Part shown: in pieces, positions 52,431-64,000 of the stretch | Layout of the letters: each line of letters opens with the position of its first letter | Numbering within the stretch: the stretch's first letter is position 1 | Source: Guillardia theta CCMP2712 | Lineage: Eukaryota; Protista; Cryptophyta | DNA: 64,000 nucleotides | Direction: 5' to 3' | NCBI RefSeq assembly: GCF_000315625.1 | Contig: NW_005434664.1 | Span: 357,765-421,764 of the forward strand | Notes under the pieces: generated by a model | The model's input: the letters and a program-made list of their open reading frames with translations, nothing else | Told to the model about the DNA's origin: nothing | Database searches by the model: none | Position numbers and translations under genes: made by a program

Positions 52431-55400
52431 ATGGGGGAGGTAGCGGCAACCAATCAGCTGACGATCAACGACTGGATTCCATGTGGGAAAGATGTTAGAG
52501 CAGATTCGTCGGTCTATCTTCCCTCCATCGTGCGGGGAATTCTCGATGGCTGTGCCAGCGGCGATTGGCACAAGTTGTTGAGGAAATCCGTCCATGCGTT
52601 GAAGCGCTACATGGACTTGAAGCACACCGTGCCTGTGAAAGAAAGAGCCTTGATCATCAATGCACTGTATCGAGTGGTGACGGAGGAAGATGGCCTAGAT
52701 CAATACCTGCAGAAGATCTTTGCACAACAGCTCGTCCGCCTTCTCAAAAAGCGAGGCCAAGAAAAGTTAGACATCGTCCTGGATTGGCGTCCGCTGTACC
52801 GAGTGATTGACTTCCTGTTCTTCGGCAAGGCCAGGATCCCTCAGACTCCACTGTGCCCCTACCTTGGATACTACATCATATGCTTGGCGAGGTCGGCGCG
52901 GCACTACTTCAACAAGGAGTCAGTTGGCGAGATAGTCAATCACCTCCGGCCTTTCTTCTGTGCGCAGCACACGGCATCTTGCCTGAAGGGTCAGGTGATG
53001 CTCACCCTTCTCATGAAGCGAACGGAGGACGTGGACTTTAGGCTCTTAAAGGAGATCATGTCAATATGGGGTTGGGTGGTCGCATACGCTGATTGGGATC
53101 TGCACTGGATGGTCTTGCTTGCGTCGCTGTGCAGATATACCTATCGAACTCGCTCTAGCGACTGGAAAGTCTTCATCCCTTCTCTCATGTCTCATATCCT
53201 CCATATCATCGATCTTCCTGTTGGCGTCTCAAGGATTCACATCTATGGAAACATGGAGAGCTCTTTGTCTTCGCCTGAAGGGAGCCCATTCTATTCCTTG
53301 GCAAGCTTCGTGCACCTCGACGACAATCGAACTAAGATTCTGCAACTTGTGCACAAGTCTGCCAAGTTGATCATCTACCTGCAGCAACCAGGAGGAGGGG
53401 AGCCGCTTGGTATGTTGGGCAAGATAATCCGAGCGATTGAGTCCTACCTGCATCCTTCCAACGGCGGTTACTGGACTCACAGGCTGTCTCAGCTGCTGGC
53501 TTCATTGTGCGAATATCTTATGGAAAGAGTCCGTGCTGAGCGCGATGTTGCTGACAGCGAGAGCTACAAATTGAAACCCAGTGACATCAGCAACATCGCA
53601 AGGTTGATCCTGCCCGTTGCCCTACAGGGGCTCTACTCGAAGAGCAACACAGCGACCCTGCAGTCCTGTGTGGCACTGAAGTATCTTGCAAGCCTTGACC
53701 CTAACAACACTCTCCCTCCCCTGCTGGATCGCATTTCTGATGCGTTGACAACCTTGACTCAAGTACACCAGACCTCGAGTGCCCTAGAGGCCCTGGCAGC
53801 AGTAATCTTCCCTGTTATACGTGCAGGGAATTTCGAGTCGGGAGCCAAACACATTCCAGATTTGATGGAGCTTACACTCTCGGGGATCGACTCGAATGAT
53901 CTTCCCAAGACTTGGGCCACCCTTCGCTTTTACACTGTGCTGTTGTCTGGTCTGCCTCTCATAACCATCACCGAGGTGAGATTGCTAGGTCCGTGTGTTG
54001 TGCTGATGGGTTGAAACAGACATGTCCTGTTGGATATGACCCTGATCGGCATGAAGTGGCAAGGGCAGTCACAGATACATTTGCAGACTGGGCTTTCAGA
54101 TTTCTAGATCAGACTTTCTCTTTCATCTCAAACCACAACTCCATGGCGCCCCCGCAAGGCCATGAACACACGAAGAAGGCGGACTCAGAGACTCGCACAT
54201 CAGAGTATTTTTTTAACTGCACACTTGAAGTCTTTTTCATGCAGCTCGGAGATGAACTCTTCGTTTCTGCTCTGAACAAGGTCGCCAACTTCTGCTTCAC
54301 AAACCTCCTTTTGTTGCAGCAACAGGCACAACTCGGTGTCGTCATATCAGCGATGACTGCAGTCAATCCCAGTGTCGTTGCTCAAAAGTTCTTGCCAGTG
54401 TGCCTGCGGATACTTCTGGTTTCGCCTTACGATGTTGTGCAAGTGGCTGTGAAATGCTTTACTCTGACTTGTCTCCGACAGAGTGTTCCTCGGACACCGA
54501 GAACTCCAGGCTCTGCTCGTTCTTTCACTCGCGCTGCAAGTGCCTCCAAATCTCCTGGGCTTTCCTGGGCTTCGCCTCCAATGACGCATGGGATGGGATC
54601 TGTGGACGTCGAAAGCCCAATGCTGAATGCTGACGGAAAAGGTTTGGATTTGACTTGCTTCTCATGTTTGATCCGCTCTTCTCCCTCACTTCCTTTGTTT
54701 TGTCCAGTTGAAGGTGTTGTGTTCAGACTTGCACTGTTGTCTGAGATGGAGATCATCTACTATCTCAACATCATGCGATATGTCGTGGAGAATGCCGGGG
54801 ATGCAGTGATCCCGTACATCGATAAGGTCGTTGCTGCCGTGGATCTTGTTCTCAAGTATGAGGAGCGGCCGGGAGTGATTTCACTGCAAGTCTTCAAGGC
54901 TGCCAACAAGCTCATCCGGTCCCTTATCCACGCCCTCATCACTTGTCGACCCAAGGAGTATCGCTCGGTAGACCCGACTCTTTGGAACGACCCCAACTGG
55001 AAGAACGTACACTATGAGCATTGGGGAAACGTGATCGACCTGTCTGCAGCGAACGTCAGTTGGAATGCCCCGTCGCGCGAAGGCCTGCAGTGGGCAGCGG
55101 ATCTTGCTGCCAAGTACATCAACAACTCTGTTCAAGTCCTCCGACGGTATCATGCCGACGCGCAAGAATGGGCGAATCATAAGGAGGACATGGAGGTCGA
55201 AGCAGCTCAACCCAAAGGTAAGCTCGGATGCATCGATCACGTGCCAGGAAGTCTGACGGCTCTCCTTCTCTCAGAGTCAGACGAGGGCAGCCCGTCCCCT
55301 TGTGTGCTGGACCTCAACTCTGACAACGACATCGTGATGATGGACTCCGATGCCGCTGCGGACGAGGCTGTTGAGCCAGCGCAGAAGCAGCGCAAGTCAC

Positions 55401-58400
55401 AGAGCAAGGTTGCTTTTGCCAAGTTGAAGGAGCTCGAGATCCCGGCGCACATCCTGAGCTCCCAACGGCAGAGCTGTCGGCGGAGCAGTCTCAGGGGATT
55501 CAGCGACAGGGCGAAGAGGAAGGATGGATCACGAGGCTCGCCAACGTCCATTGAGGCACGTTATGCAGTCCTCCAGATGCGATTCGTGCTCGAAGGACTT
55601 GTGGCAGCCTTGCCTGCATGGGACGAGGGGAGAGAGGATTCTTCGGAAATGCAGTTGGACGGAGATCTGGATGACGACGAGCGTGAGCTCTTGCCTGGGA
55701 ATGAGGGGTATGCCTCTGGCACTTACGACCTCCCAAAGTCAAGGGTTGATGTTTCAAATATCGGCAAGGATGGGTTGTTGTCTCGTTCGCGTATCGCAAG
55801 CATCCTTCATGACCTCAACACGCTCTTCCTCCAGCAGAACTCCGAAGACTCGAAGATGTTGAAGGCCTTGGCAAAGTGCCTCGACGTCTGCATGAATGGA
55901 GTTGACATCTTGCAGAAGCAGACGAGACGTCTAAGGCTCAGATACTCCATCATGAAAGCAAGGAACAGAGAGACTGGGACAGATGGCAAGGCAAAACTGC
56001 TCCCCCGCTACATGCTCCTCACGAAGATTCATCATCATTACCTTTCTCGCGTTATGTTGCGACATCGCAAACTTCATGACTCTCTGTTGGTGCAGAACCT
56101 CCTCAAACAAGTTAACCTCCTTTCGACAAACGAGCATTCTGGTGTTAGAGGACGTGGTCAGCTTGCACTTTTGTCTTGCTGCCGGAGGTACAGGAACGCT
56201 TGCGCGTACTCCCTTCCTCGTCTCATCTCTCTCCTCGAGGACAAGAATGTAGATGCTGCTGGACACGAGCAGCGCATCATCGGAGCGACTATCCTTCTTC
56301 AAACTAAGTACTTCCAAGGTAGAATCCTACGGGACTGGAGCATGATCGAGCATTTTCTTCTCACCCTGTGTCGAAGTCATCATAACGACAAAGAGAGCGT
56401 TCTCGATGCGCTGGACAACCTCTTCGCAACATTCCTTTCGTACTGGTATCAGATCTCTCTTGACATCCCGGCTTACGTGCACTGGGACGAGTCTCTTATC
56501 AAGTTGGAGCAGTCAACGGTACCGTTTGTTGGCTACTCCCGCATGCTCGAGGCTCTCGTCGCCCTTCTCAAGACGAACCCTAACGTGCACTGGAGGTTCA
56601 AGCTCATGATCATCGATGCGGTCACTGTCATGATCAGAGACGATGTGCCCACTCCGATCTCCGTGTGGGAGGCGATTCTTGACGGCATGGTATCCGACAT
56701 ATCTCACATCCGAGAGGCGTGCTTTCCTGCTCTCAGCAGCGCGCTCGAGCTGATTCAGACTACTCAGCGGAGCAAAGAAGAATCACTTCTCGGCAATCGC
56801 CTGTTGCCGGACAAGTGCTTCACTCACTGGAACGGCCCGCCTCCCAAAGCTTCTTTCACTGAGTGGAACTCCAACGTTCGGAAGAAGGTCGTCACGAAGG
56901 AGTACTCCGAGCAGGTGCGGGCATGTATTATGCAGTACTTCTGCAACGACGAGTACATCGAGAAGCTCTGCTCCTTCATGTCTGTAGTCCAGCTGGGGAG
57001 AGGAAAGTCGTTCATCGGGTCTCATGCACAGATGTTCAAGGGTCTCTTGAAAGCCTTCGGCTTGCAGGTGATCACCAAGCTCCGCACGTTCCTCGAGGCA
57101 CTTCTAGCTGACGCCCAGGCTTACTCCCATGAGAGCTCTGACGTGTACATCGGGAAGCAGTGCCTCGCTTCAGAGTTGCTGGGCGGGTTGGTGAGGGGCA
57201 TGAAGTATTGGCCGGAGCAGGACCAAGAGGAGGCGAAGGGTATGGCTTTCCAGCTCATTTCCTACGTGCTAGCAACACCCGAGCTGGAGAGCGTGGGGAT
57301 ATGGGCAGCTTGCCTGAGGTTCTGCTTGTACGATCGCCATCCGAGACGAACTTCATGGTTGGTCGAGTTCCTGGTGGAGCGAGCTCTTCCAGCCCACATC
57401 GATCTCTCCTCGCACTCCATCCTCACGTGCAAACGTATCATCCTTGTCAAGCCGATCTTGAAGGAGCTGGGATGGCGGGGTGGGCCGATCCACCGGCAGA
57501 TCGCGCACGACCTTGAGCCTTACCTGCACCATCCTTACGCTCAGATGCGTGCTTGTGTCGGCTCCATCCTGTCAGTTCTCTCCAGGGTCACATGGGAACC
57601 TAGGGAGTTCGCCTCCATGCCTTCTCCAGCTGATGCTGAGCACCTGTCATCGGAACAGTCGCACCATATGCACCTTCTGTGCTGCTCGAGGCAAGCTGGG
57701 ATGTCTGAGCTGCTGGAAGCCCCACCTCACACAGAGTGCAAGCTCATCGGGTCTGAGACGATGCTCCGCCTCGTGGACAAGTGCGCACGGGAGTGGTCAA
57801 CGTTGGCTAATCGCTGCAAGTACATGAGCGACGGAAAGAATTGCTCGGTAAGGGAGGGAGAGACTTGTTTATGCTGGAAGTGACCCAAGTAATCCGCAGG
57901 ACGAGGCCGAGGAACAAGCCATGAAGGACTCCCGCGTTCAACTTCGGCATCTTCGACACACTCTCATCACGTGGACTTGCTCTGTCTGTCCCGAGTACGA
58001 GGCGATGTACCGTAAGTAGAACCTTTGCTCATCTCGATGTTTGATGGGTCGTTTGGCAAGGCTGTCCAGTCGAGTCCTTCCTTCCCATTCTCCTCCCCCC
58101 CCTCTTGCAAGCTCTGGACGACAAAGATCCAGGTGCGCACGTAGAACCCGAGGCATGGCCGGCTAACGACCTAGACAGAACTGCTTCGGCAAGCGAAGGG
58201 ATGCGCCGAGCTCACGGCAAATACACCGATCGTCGATGAGGTCGACCTTCCCCTCTCTGAGCTCTGCCAGCTCACCTTATCTCCTTGTCAGGTCTTGCCG
58301 CACGTCCTCTTGGCTGTTCGATCGGTGGGACAGGACTCTGCGATCGTTCTGCGTGCTGACGTCACTCCAGGTCTCCAAGTCACAGTCGTGGCAAGTGAGG

Positions 58401-59342
58401 TCGAGCGTCCTCCCGTTCCTGCAGATCATCATCTTCCGGCACCAGTATGCCTTGACCCGCTTCTGAATCGCTCCTTAACCCTGGGTGCGCCTCAGATGCT
58501 CCATCAGGAAGGAGGACATGAAGATGGTGCAAGACCTTATGGTTTCGCTGCTTCAAGACTCTCAAGTAGAAGTGCGCGAGATGGCCTCCGTTGCGGTCTC
58601 GGTGAGCTACGGCCACACCCTTCCCGCTCCTTACCCTCCTTGCAAGGTTCTGGTCCGCATTACAGGGGAGGAGCTTGCCATGGACCTGAAGACTCTCTTC
58701 GTCCAGTGGTCGCAGCACGACATCTCGAGCATGCAAGGCCGGGCAGGCGAGCCTGTTGACGATGCGAGGGAAGGGAAAGCTGGGGAAGACAGTAGCGACA
58801 AGAAGGCGCTGAAGGCTTCATTGCAGCTTCGCCACGCTGGGGTGAGGGGTGGAGGAGGCATGGTAGCGTGTCTTGTAACCATCAATAGGTGCTCGGCTTG
58901 TCTGCTCTGGTTGGAGCATATCCATACGATGTGCCACAGTGGATGCCGGAAATTCTCGTACAGTTGGTAGGCTCCATTCTGCGCCCCCTCCTCTCCTATT
59001 CGCTCTTGATTCGCTCCACCCCTTTCCCCTGCTTCGGATGACCTGGTTGATACCTTGGTTACTATCTTTGTCTGCCTTTCTTCAACGTTTCCCTTCTTTC
59101 TTTCGTTCATTGATATGACATTCAGGCACTCCACGTGCTTGACCCCATGCCAATCAAGCACACTGTTCGCAACACCTTTGGGGAGTTTTGGAGAACTCAT
59201 CAGGTGTGTTTCATCTCTCTTGGGCTTGAGAAGATTAACAGCCATGACGTAGGATGCTTGGCCTGTGCTCAAAGGACGATTCACTGAAGAGCAGCTGACG
59301 GCGTTGACCAACTTGCTAGCGTCACCCACCTACTTCTCGTGA
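52431..59342 (+). CDS. PSME4: Proteasome activator PA200/Blm10, multi-exon
   Basis: LDWRPLY, IESYLHPSNGGYW, GIDSNDLPKT, WQVRSSVLPFLQ, LLQDSQVEVREMA, RHAGVLGL..AYPYDVPQWMP, EFWRTHQD.W, C-terminal SPTYFS*. Confidence 0.93.
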
Positions 59343-59470
59343 GCGAGGTAACAGGGAACCTGTAATGATGACAAAACGAGGAAGAGAGGGAGAAACATGT
59401 ACACTACAACCAGTCTATAGCACAGACGGATTTATTGTTTCAAGAAGACTTCCAAATTTACACTGCTCGT

Positions 59471-60010
59471 TCACTTGTGTGAAAAACTGCTGTACTCTTC
59501 CGTGTACCACCTTGCTGCCCGAGATCCTACTTGCCTGTACGGCCACCTCCTCACCCCCAGCTGCCTGCACACAAGCTTCATCGTCGACTTGCCGATGCCG
59601 ATCTTGGCCGCCGCGACCTCGAGGCTCTCGTGGAAGTGGCAGGACAGCAGCTCCAGGGTGATCTCCACGGGCTTGTCTGACCTGGCGTGCGCCTGGCGGG
59701 ATTGTATGCGGACGACGCTGCAGAGCTTCGGAGATGCCTTGGCGGGAGGGGTCTGGGCCGCGAGGGAGGGAGAGACCGAGGATGTGCACAGCAGCGGAGG
59801 CGACGGGGAAGCCCATGCCGAGCCTGACCCTGACGATGGTGATGGGGGGCGAGCTGAAGGCATCTGAGACACGCTGCAGTCGTCGGGATGGGAGGGGGGC
59901 AGTGGGTAGGGGAAGAGCTGGAGCAACGCGCAGTCGTCAGGATCATCGAGAGAGGCGAAAGGGTCGGGGGGGAGGGAGGAGGAGGAGAGAGCGTTTTGCA
60001 TGGCGAGCAT
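59471..60010 (-). CDS. RWP-RK domain protein, copy A
   Basis: EITLELLSCHFHESLEVAAAKIGIGKSTMKLVCRQLGVRRWPYRQ; intronless. Confidence 0.88.
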   Translation of the reverse strand: MLAMQNALSSSSLPPDPFASLDDPDDCALLQLFPYPLPPSHPDDCSVSQMPSARPPSPSSGSGSAWASPSPPLLCTSSVSPSLAAQTPPAKASPKLCSVVRIQSRQAHARSDKPVEITLELLSCHFHESLEVAAAKIGIGKSTMKLVCRQLGVRRWPYRQVGSRAARWYTEEYSSFSHK

Positions 60011-60655
60011 CGGGTGATGAAGGCCTCGCAGTGCCAACCACGAAACTTAAAAGAGGCGGGTTATGGGGGCCTCGAGATCGGAGGCCATGAAGGGTTGTAT
60101 GTTTCTGATCTTTGAGATTCGAAATGCTCTTAATTATGTTTATCTCAAGATCGGGGGCCACGAAGCGTTGCTTGTTGATTATGTCCTTTTCTTGAAGGGT
60201 TGTAATGGGTTGTAATAATAGATCCACAGGCCCCTGGACTTCCGGTCGCATTGGAGAGCTCAATCTGAAGATTGGAGGCCAGGAAGCGGTGTGATATTCA
60301 CATCAGGATGAGGACACGGAGACCACCACTGCAATCATCATGATGTCATCATTGCTATCAATGTATCTTTTTATGACAGGCGCCGACAAACGTTGCGCCC
60401 AAAAGGGCAAGGAGTCACTTAAACGTTGAAAAGACCCGTCGTTTCGCTTGTAGCCCGTGATCCGTGACCGTTGAATCGTTGCGTTCTTATTTTGACTACA
60501 CGGAGATTTGGGCTAGGAATGCGACCGGAAGTCCTCCACCTCCTTTTCTTTGATCCCTTCTCCCACCGCCATCCCTCACCAACCCTGACACGTTTCAGCG
60601 TCTCCCTTCCCTTCCTTTCATTCCATCGCCCCCTTTCACTGCTTGCACATCAAAT

Positions 60656-61240
60656 ATGGTGGACATGCTGCGATGCTTCAACACGTTCCCATCTTCCACG
60701 CACGCCCACTCCCTCATCCTGCCCCCTGCCGAGTTTTCTACTGCCTCGACCTCAACCCCTCTAACTGACCCTCTTCCCCCTCTCGATGATCCTGATGACT
60801 CCTCTCTGCTCAATCTCTTCCCCTACCCCCTGCCCCCCTCCCATCCCGACGACACTCTCTGGGACCGCCTCCAGCTCGCAACTTCTGAGAGACCACTTCA
60901 GCCGATTCCCAACGAGGACCCTGGCACTTTCCTTCAGAATCCTTGGGGTCAAACCTCTGCTTGCTCGGCCTCTCCCTCCCTCGCGGCCCAGACCCCTCCT
61001 GCCAAACCCTCTGGAGTCGTGCGCATTCATTCCCGCCAGGCGCATGCCAGGTCAGACAAGCCCGTGGAGATCACCCTGGAGCTGCTGTCCTGCCACTTCC
61101 ACGAGAGCCTCGAGGTCGCGGCGGCCAAGATCGGCATCGGCAAGTCGACGATGAAGCTTGTGTGCAGGCAGCTGGGGGTGAGGAGGTGGCCGTACAGGCA
61201 TGTGGGGACCCGTGCAGGCCGGTTGTATTTGGTTGACTAG
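60656..61240 (+). CDS. RWP-RK domain protein, copy B
   Basis: Same RWP-RK domain ending RWPYRH; diverged P/D-rich N-terminus. Confidence 0.88.
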   Translation: MVDMLRCFNTFPSSTHAHSLILPPAEFSTASTSTPLTDPLPPLDDPDDSSLLNLFPYPLPPSHPDDTLWDRLQLATSERPLQPIPNEDPGTFLQNPWGQTSACSASPSLAAQTPPAKPSGVVRIHSRQAHARSDKPVEITLELLSCHFHESLEVAAAKIGIGKSTMKLVCRQLGVRRWPYRHVGTRAGRLYLVD

Positions 61241-62143
61241 AAGAGGAAGTATGCCAGTGTGAATAAACATGCGATGCTCTATGAATCAGTATCTTCGAGA
61301 TCCGATTGCGTTGAGTGAGAGGCTTGGATTTCTTTGCTATCATCAAGGTCTGGCGTCGCGTTCTTTGAGTATTGCTGTAGTCATGGTACAATGGTAAGAC
61401 AGAGAACGCTACGAGTGGAATAAGAACGAGAGAAGAAGAGAATCAGAAGATCGAGGTCTCTCATTTTTTCTTGAGATAAGCTCCTAAAAAGCATCGTGCT
61501 TGCTGCGCACGAAATGGCAAAGGAAGGAGGGGGAACGCTAACGACGCGTCCGTTTAAGTAGGAAGTATCCGTACGATGGCTTTGGATCCACATGGATATG
61601 AACCTAGTCCTTTACTCAAAGTTAAGTTAAAAATCAGTACGACATTTCCCCACGCCTGATCAAAGTGTCCGTTTCCGAGCCTCCGGCTATGGTACTTTAC
61701 TCAGAATAGCGGGACAGCAATCTGACAATTAGCCTACATGATTGCTGCCCTGTCGTCTCACGATGGGCCATGACTTCGTGGCGGCGGGCAGAAAAGTACT
61801 ACATGTACAAACACACCGCTTCCTGGCCTCCAATCTTCAGATTGCAATGAACACATCGTTTCCAATCTCTGACATCAAAAGCACAACCCTTCGTGGCCTC
61901 CACTTTCGAGTGGACAACCCCCTACCACCGTTTCTACTGGAGCAATCGGGTGTAGGGGGAGGTAGGGGCTCTTATAACCTTTACAACTGCAGTGATATCC
62001 TCCCCTCCGGAGTCATCAAAACCCATCCCGACCCAACAACTCCCTCAAGAGACAGCCACACCACTGCTGCTCCACGCCCCGTTGCTCCCATCCTTCCACT
62101 GCCCCATAGCACGCCTCTCCCTCTCCCTCCCCCTCCTGCTATC

Positions 62144-62710
62144 ATGGAAGACTTGATACAGCCCGCCCTCATCCTCCCCCTTGACCCTCACTTCCTGTCT
62201 TTCTACTTCCAAGACTCCTCCTCCTCCTCCCTCCCCCCCGACCCCTTCGCCTCTCTCGATGATCCTGACGACTGCGCGTTGCTCCAGCTCTTCCCCTACC
62301 CACTGCCCCCCCCCCATCCCGACGACTGCAGCGTGTCTCAGATGCCTTCAGCTCGCCCCCCATCACCATCGTCAGGGTCAGGCTCGGCATGGGCTTCCCC
62401 GTCGCCTCCGCTGCTGTGCGCATCCTCGGTCCCTCCCTCCCTCGCGGCCCAGACCCCTCCCGCCAAGGCATCTCCGAAGCTCTGCAGCGTCGTCCGCATA
62501 CAATCCCGCCAGGCGCACGCCAGGTCAGACAAGCCCGTGGAGATCACCCTGGAGCTGCTGTCCTGCCACTTCCACGAGAGCCTCGAGGTCGCGGCGGCCA
62601 AGATCGGCATCGGCAAGTCGACGATGAAGCTTGTGTGCAGGCAGCTGGGGGTGAGGAGGTGGCCGTACAGGCAAGTAGGATCTCGGGCAGGGCTTCGTTG
62701 GGTCAACTAG
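62144..62710 (+). CDS. RWP-RK domain protein, copy C
   Basis: MEDLIQP...RWPYRQ; near-identical inverted copy of A over about 470 bp. Confidence 0.88.
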   Translation: MEDLIQPALILPLDPHFLSFYFQDSSSSSLPPDPFASLDDPDDCALLQLFPYPLPPPHPDDCSVSQMPSARPPSPSSGSGSAWASPSPPLLCASSVPPSLAAQTPPAKASPKLCSVVRIQSRQAHARSDKPVEITLELLSCHFHESLEVAAAKIGIGKSTMKLVCRQLGVRRWPYRQVGSRAGLRWVN

Positions 62711-62919
62711 AGGACGCCTTGTGATCGGATACAGTTAGGAGTATTATTGTCGGAATAAACACGATGGTCACTGTCACATATGTTTTCGTTGCCAGTCTCT
62801 CGATGGATCAGAAGCTTTGACGTGGCCTGTGTCTTTTTGTTTCTGTCCTGATGATCGTTTAAGCAACGGCATGATAGAAGGACCGGGATCATTTTATCGT
62901 GAAGTCGGCAGTAAACCGT

Positions 62920-63700
62920 GCCAGTGGCCGCCGCACTGCACACCGTCGATCAGCCCGATGATCGGACGGCATCCCGCTGCCGTCAAATCCAATCCAGCCT
63001 CGGATGATCACAAGTTGCGAAGGCCGGACTCCGGATAGTATAGGTCGCAGGAGGCTCAGCGGCTCTGAGGCCGGGCACGACGGTTCCGGCCCGGGCCACG
63101 GGTGACTGCACCGCTGGGGTGGCAACCGACGGACTCGTGGCACCGCGGGGTCCGACCGTACCGTATCATCATCCGGGCCCTGAGTGACTCGGTCGGACCG
63201 CCGCCGCCGGCACGGTCACCCACGGCGTACATTCCGCTACGACAGTACTGACCGGGCCGGCGGCCCGGGTAGCCTCGGACTCCGCCTGCCGCGAGTCCGA
63301 TCCGAGTCAGTGGCCGGGCCGCCGGGGCCCGGCCGCGCGGCGAGTGATCGCCGGGACCCGCCGCGGGGTACAGGCTGAATCATCCCCGAAAGTTCGGCCC
63401 GAAATGCGCTAACCGAACGGTTCGTACCAGTGGTCTGGCACCGTGTCACGGTCCGGCCCGCGGGCCCGCCCCGCGGGTCCGTCAGACTGAGACGGGCCAC
63501 TCGACAAATCGTTGAACGGTCACGGTCACGGTTGGATCGTTGTGCGCGGCGCGGACTCCGGCCGGGCCCGCCCCGGCCCCGGCCCCGGCGGCGCCGGGAG
63601 TGCGGCCCTGGGGCCACTGCCAGGAACGGGCCGGGTTCACTGAGACGGTGAACGGCCCGACCAACTCTACTAGCCCAACTTGCCGCCGCACCTGACAGTG
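62920..63700. repeat. GC-rich intergenic island (largest copy)
   Basis: Same vocabulary: CCGGGCCC, CCGCGG, GACTCGG/CCGAGTC, ACGGTCACGGT. Confidence 0.6.
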
Positions 63701-63727
63701 CCAATTTTCCGCATGTAGCCTAGAAAA

Positions 63728-64000
63728 CACAACGCTTCCTGGCCTCCAATCTCAAGATCTTGATTGAAGCACACCGCTTCCTATCTCTGACCTCAAAAGC
63801 ACAACCCTTCGTGGCCTCCACTTTCAGATCTTGCGTCCTATACCAACCCCTACCCCTTCTTTATCAGGAAAAGTCTGTTACAGGGGAGGTAGGGGCTCTT
63901 CTAACCTTTACAACCGCAGCCGAAATAAAAAATTACGAGGTCTTCATATTCCCCTTTCACCCCGCCACCTACGTGCCCTCCCTTCCACTGCCCCATAGCA
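63728..64000 (+). repeat. Paralogous copy of the upstream region of RWP-RK copy C (probable fourth copy beyond the window edge)
   Basis: Shares CGCTTCCTGGCCTCCAATCT, TCAAAAGCACAACCCTTCGTGGCCTCCACTTTC, GGAGGTAGGGGCTCTT and CCTTCCACTGCCCCATAGCA with 61812-62111. Confidence 0.8.

Noticed and set aside
51646-52625. ORFs between FBA and PA200
   Set aside because: No motifs or consistent splice pattern; the region looks like a divergent promoter/UTR.

Overview
Gene-dense, GC-rich eukaryotic nuclear DNA with many short introns (about 45-140 nt), microsatellite-filled longer introns and six assembly gaps. Bipartite signal+transit presequences with an A-F cleavage motif, LRGG-like leader motifs and an RWP-RK expansion suggest an alga with a red-derived complex plastid, most likely a cryptophyte such as Guillardia (inference, not verified). 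Recognisable genes: ubiquitin E1 (UBA1) with a spliced-in signal/transit leader, a receptor-like FG-GAP/Cys-rich/TM/RING-H2 protein, a secreted VLR-like LRR protein with 72-bp conserved/variable modules, a small plastid-targeted Trp-repeat protein, a plastid alpha/beta-hydrolase, a PSI-repeat Cys-rich protein, coiled-coil, beta-helix, TPR and UBA proteins, a class I aldolase lacking the Schiff-base lysine, PA200/Blm10, and a cluster of at least three RWP-RK genes (a fourth begins at the window edge). Exon boundaries were read by eye; many gene ends are approximate.
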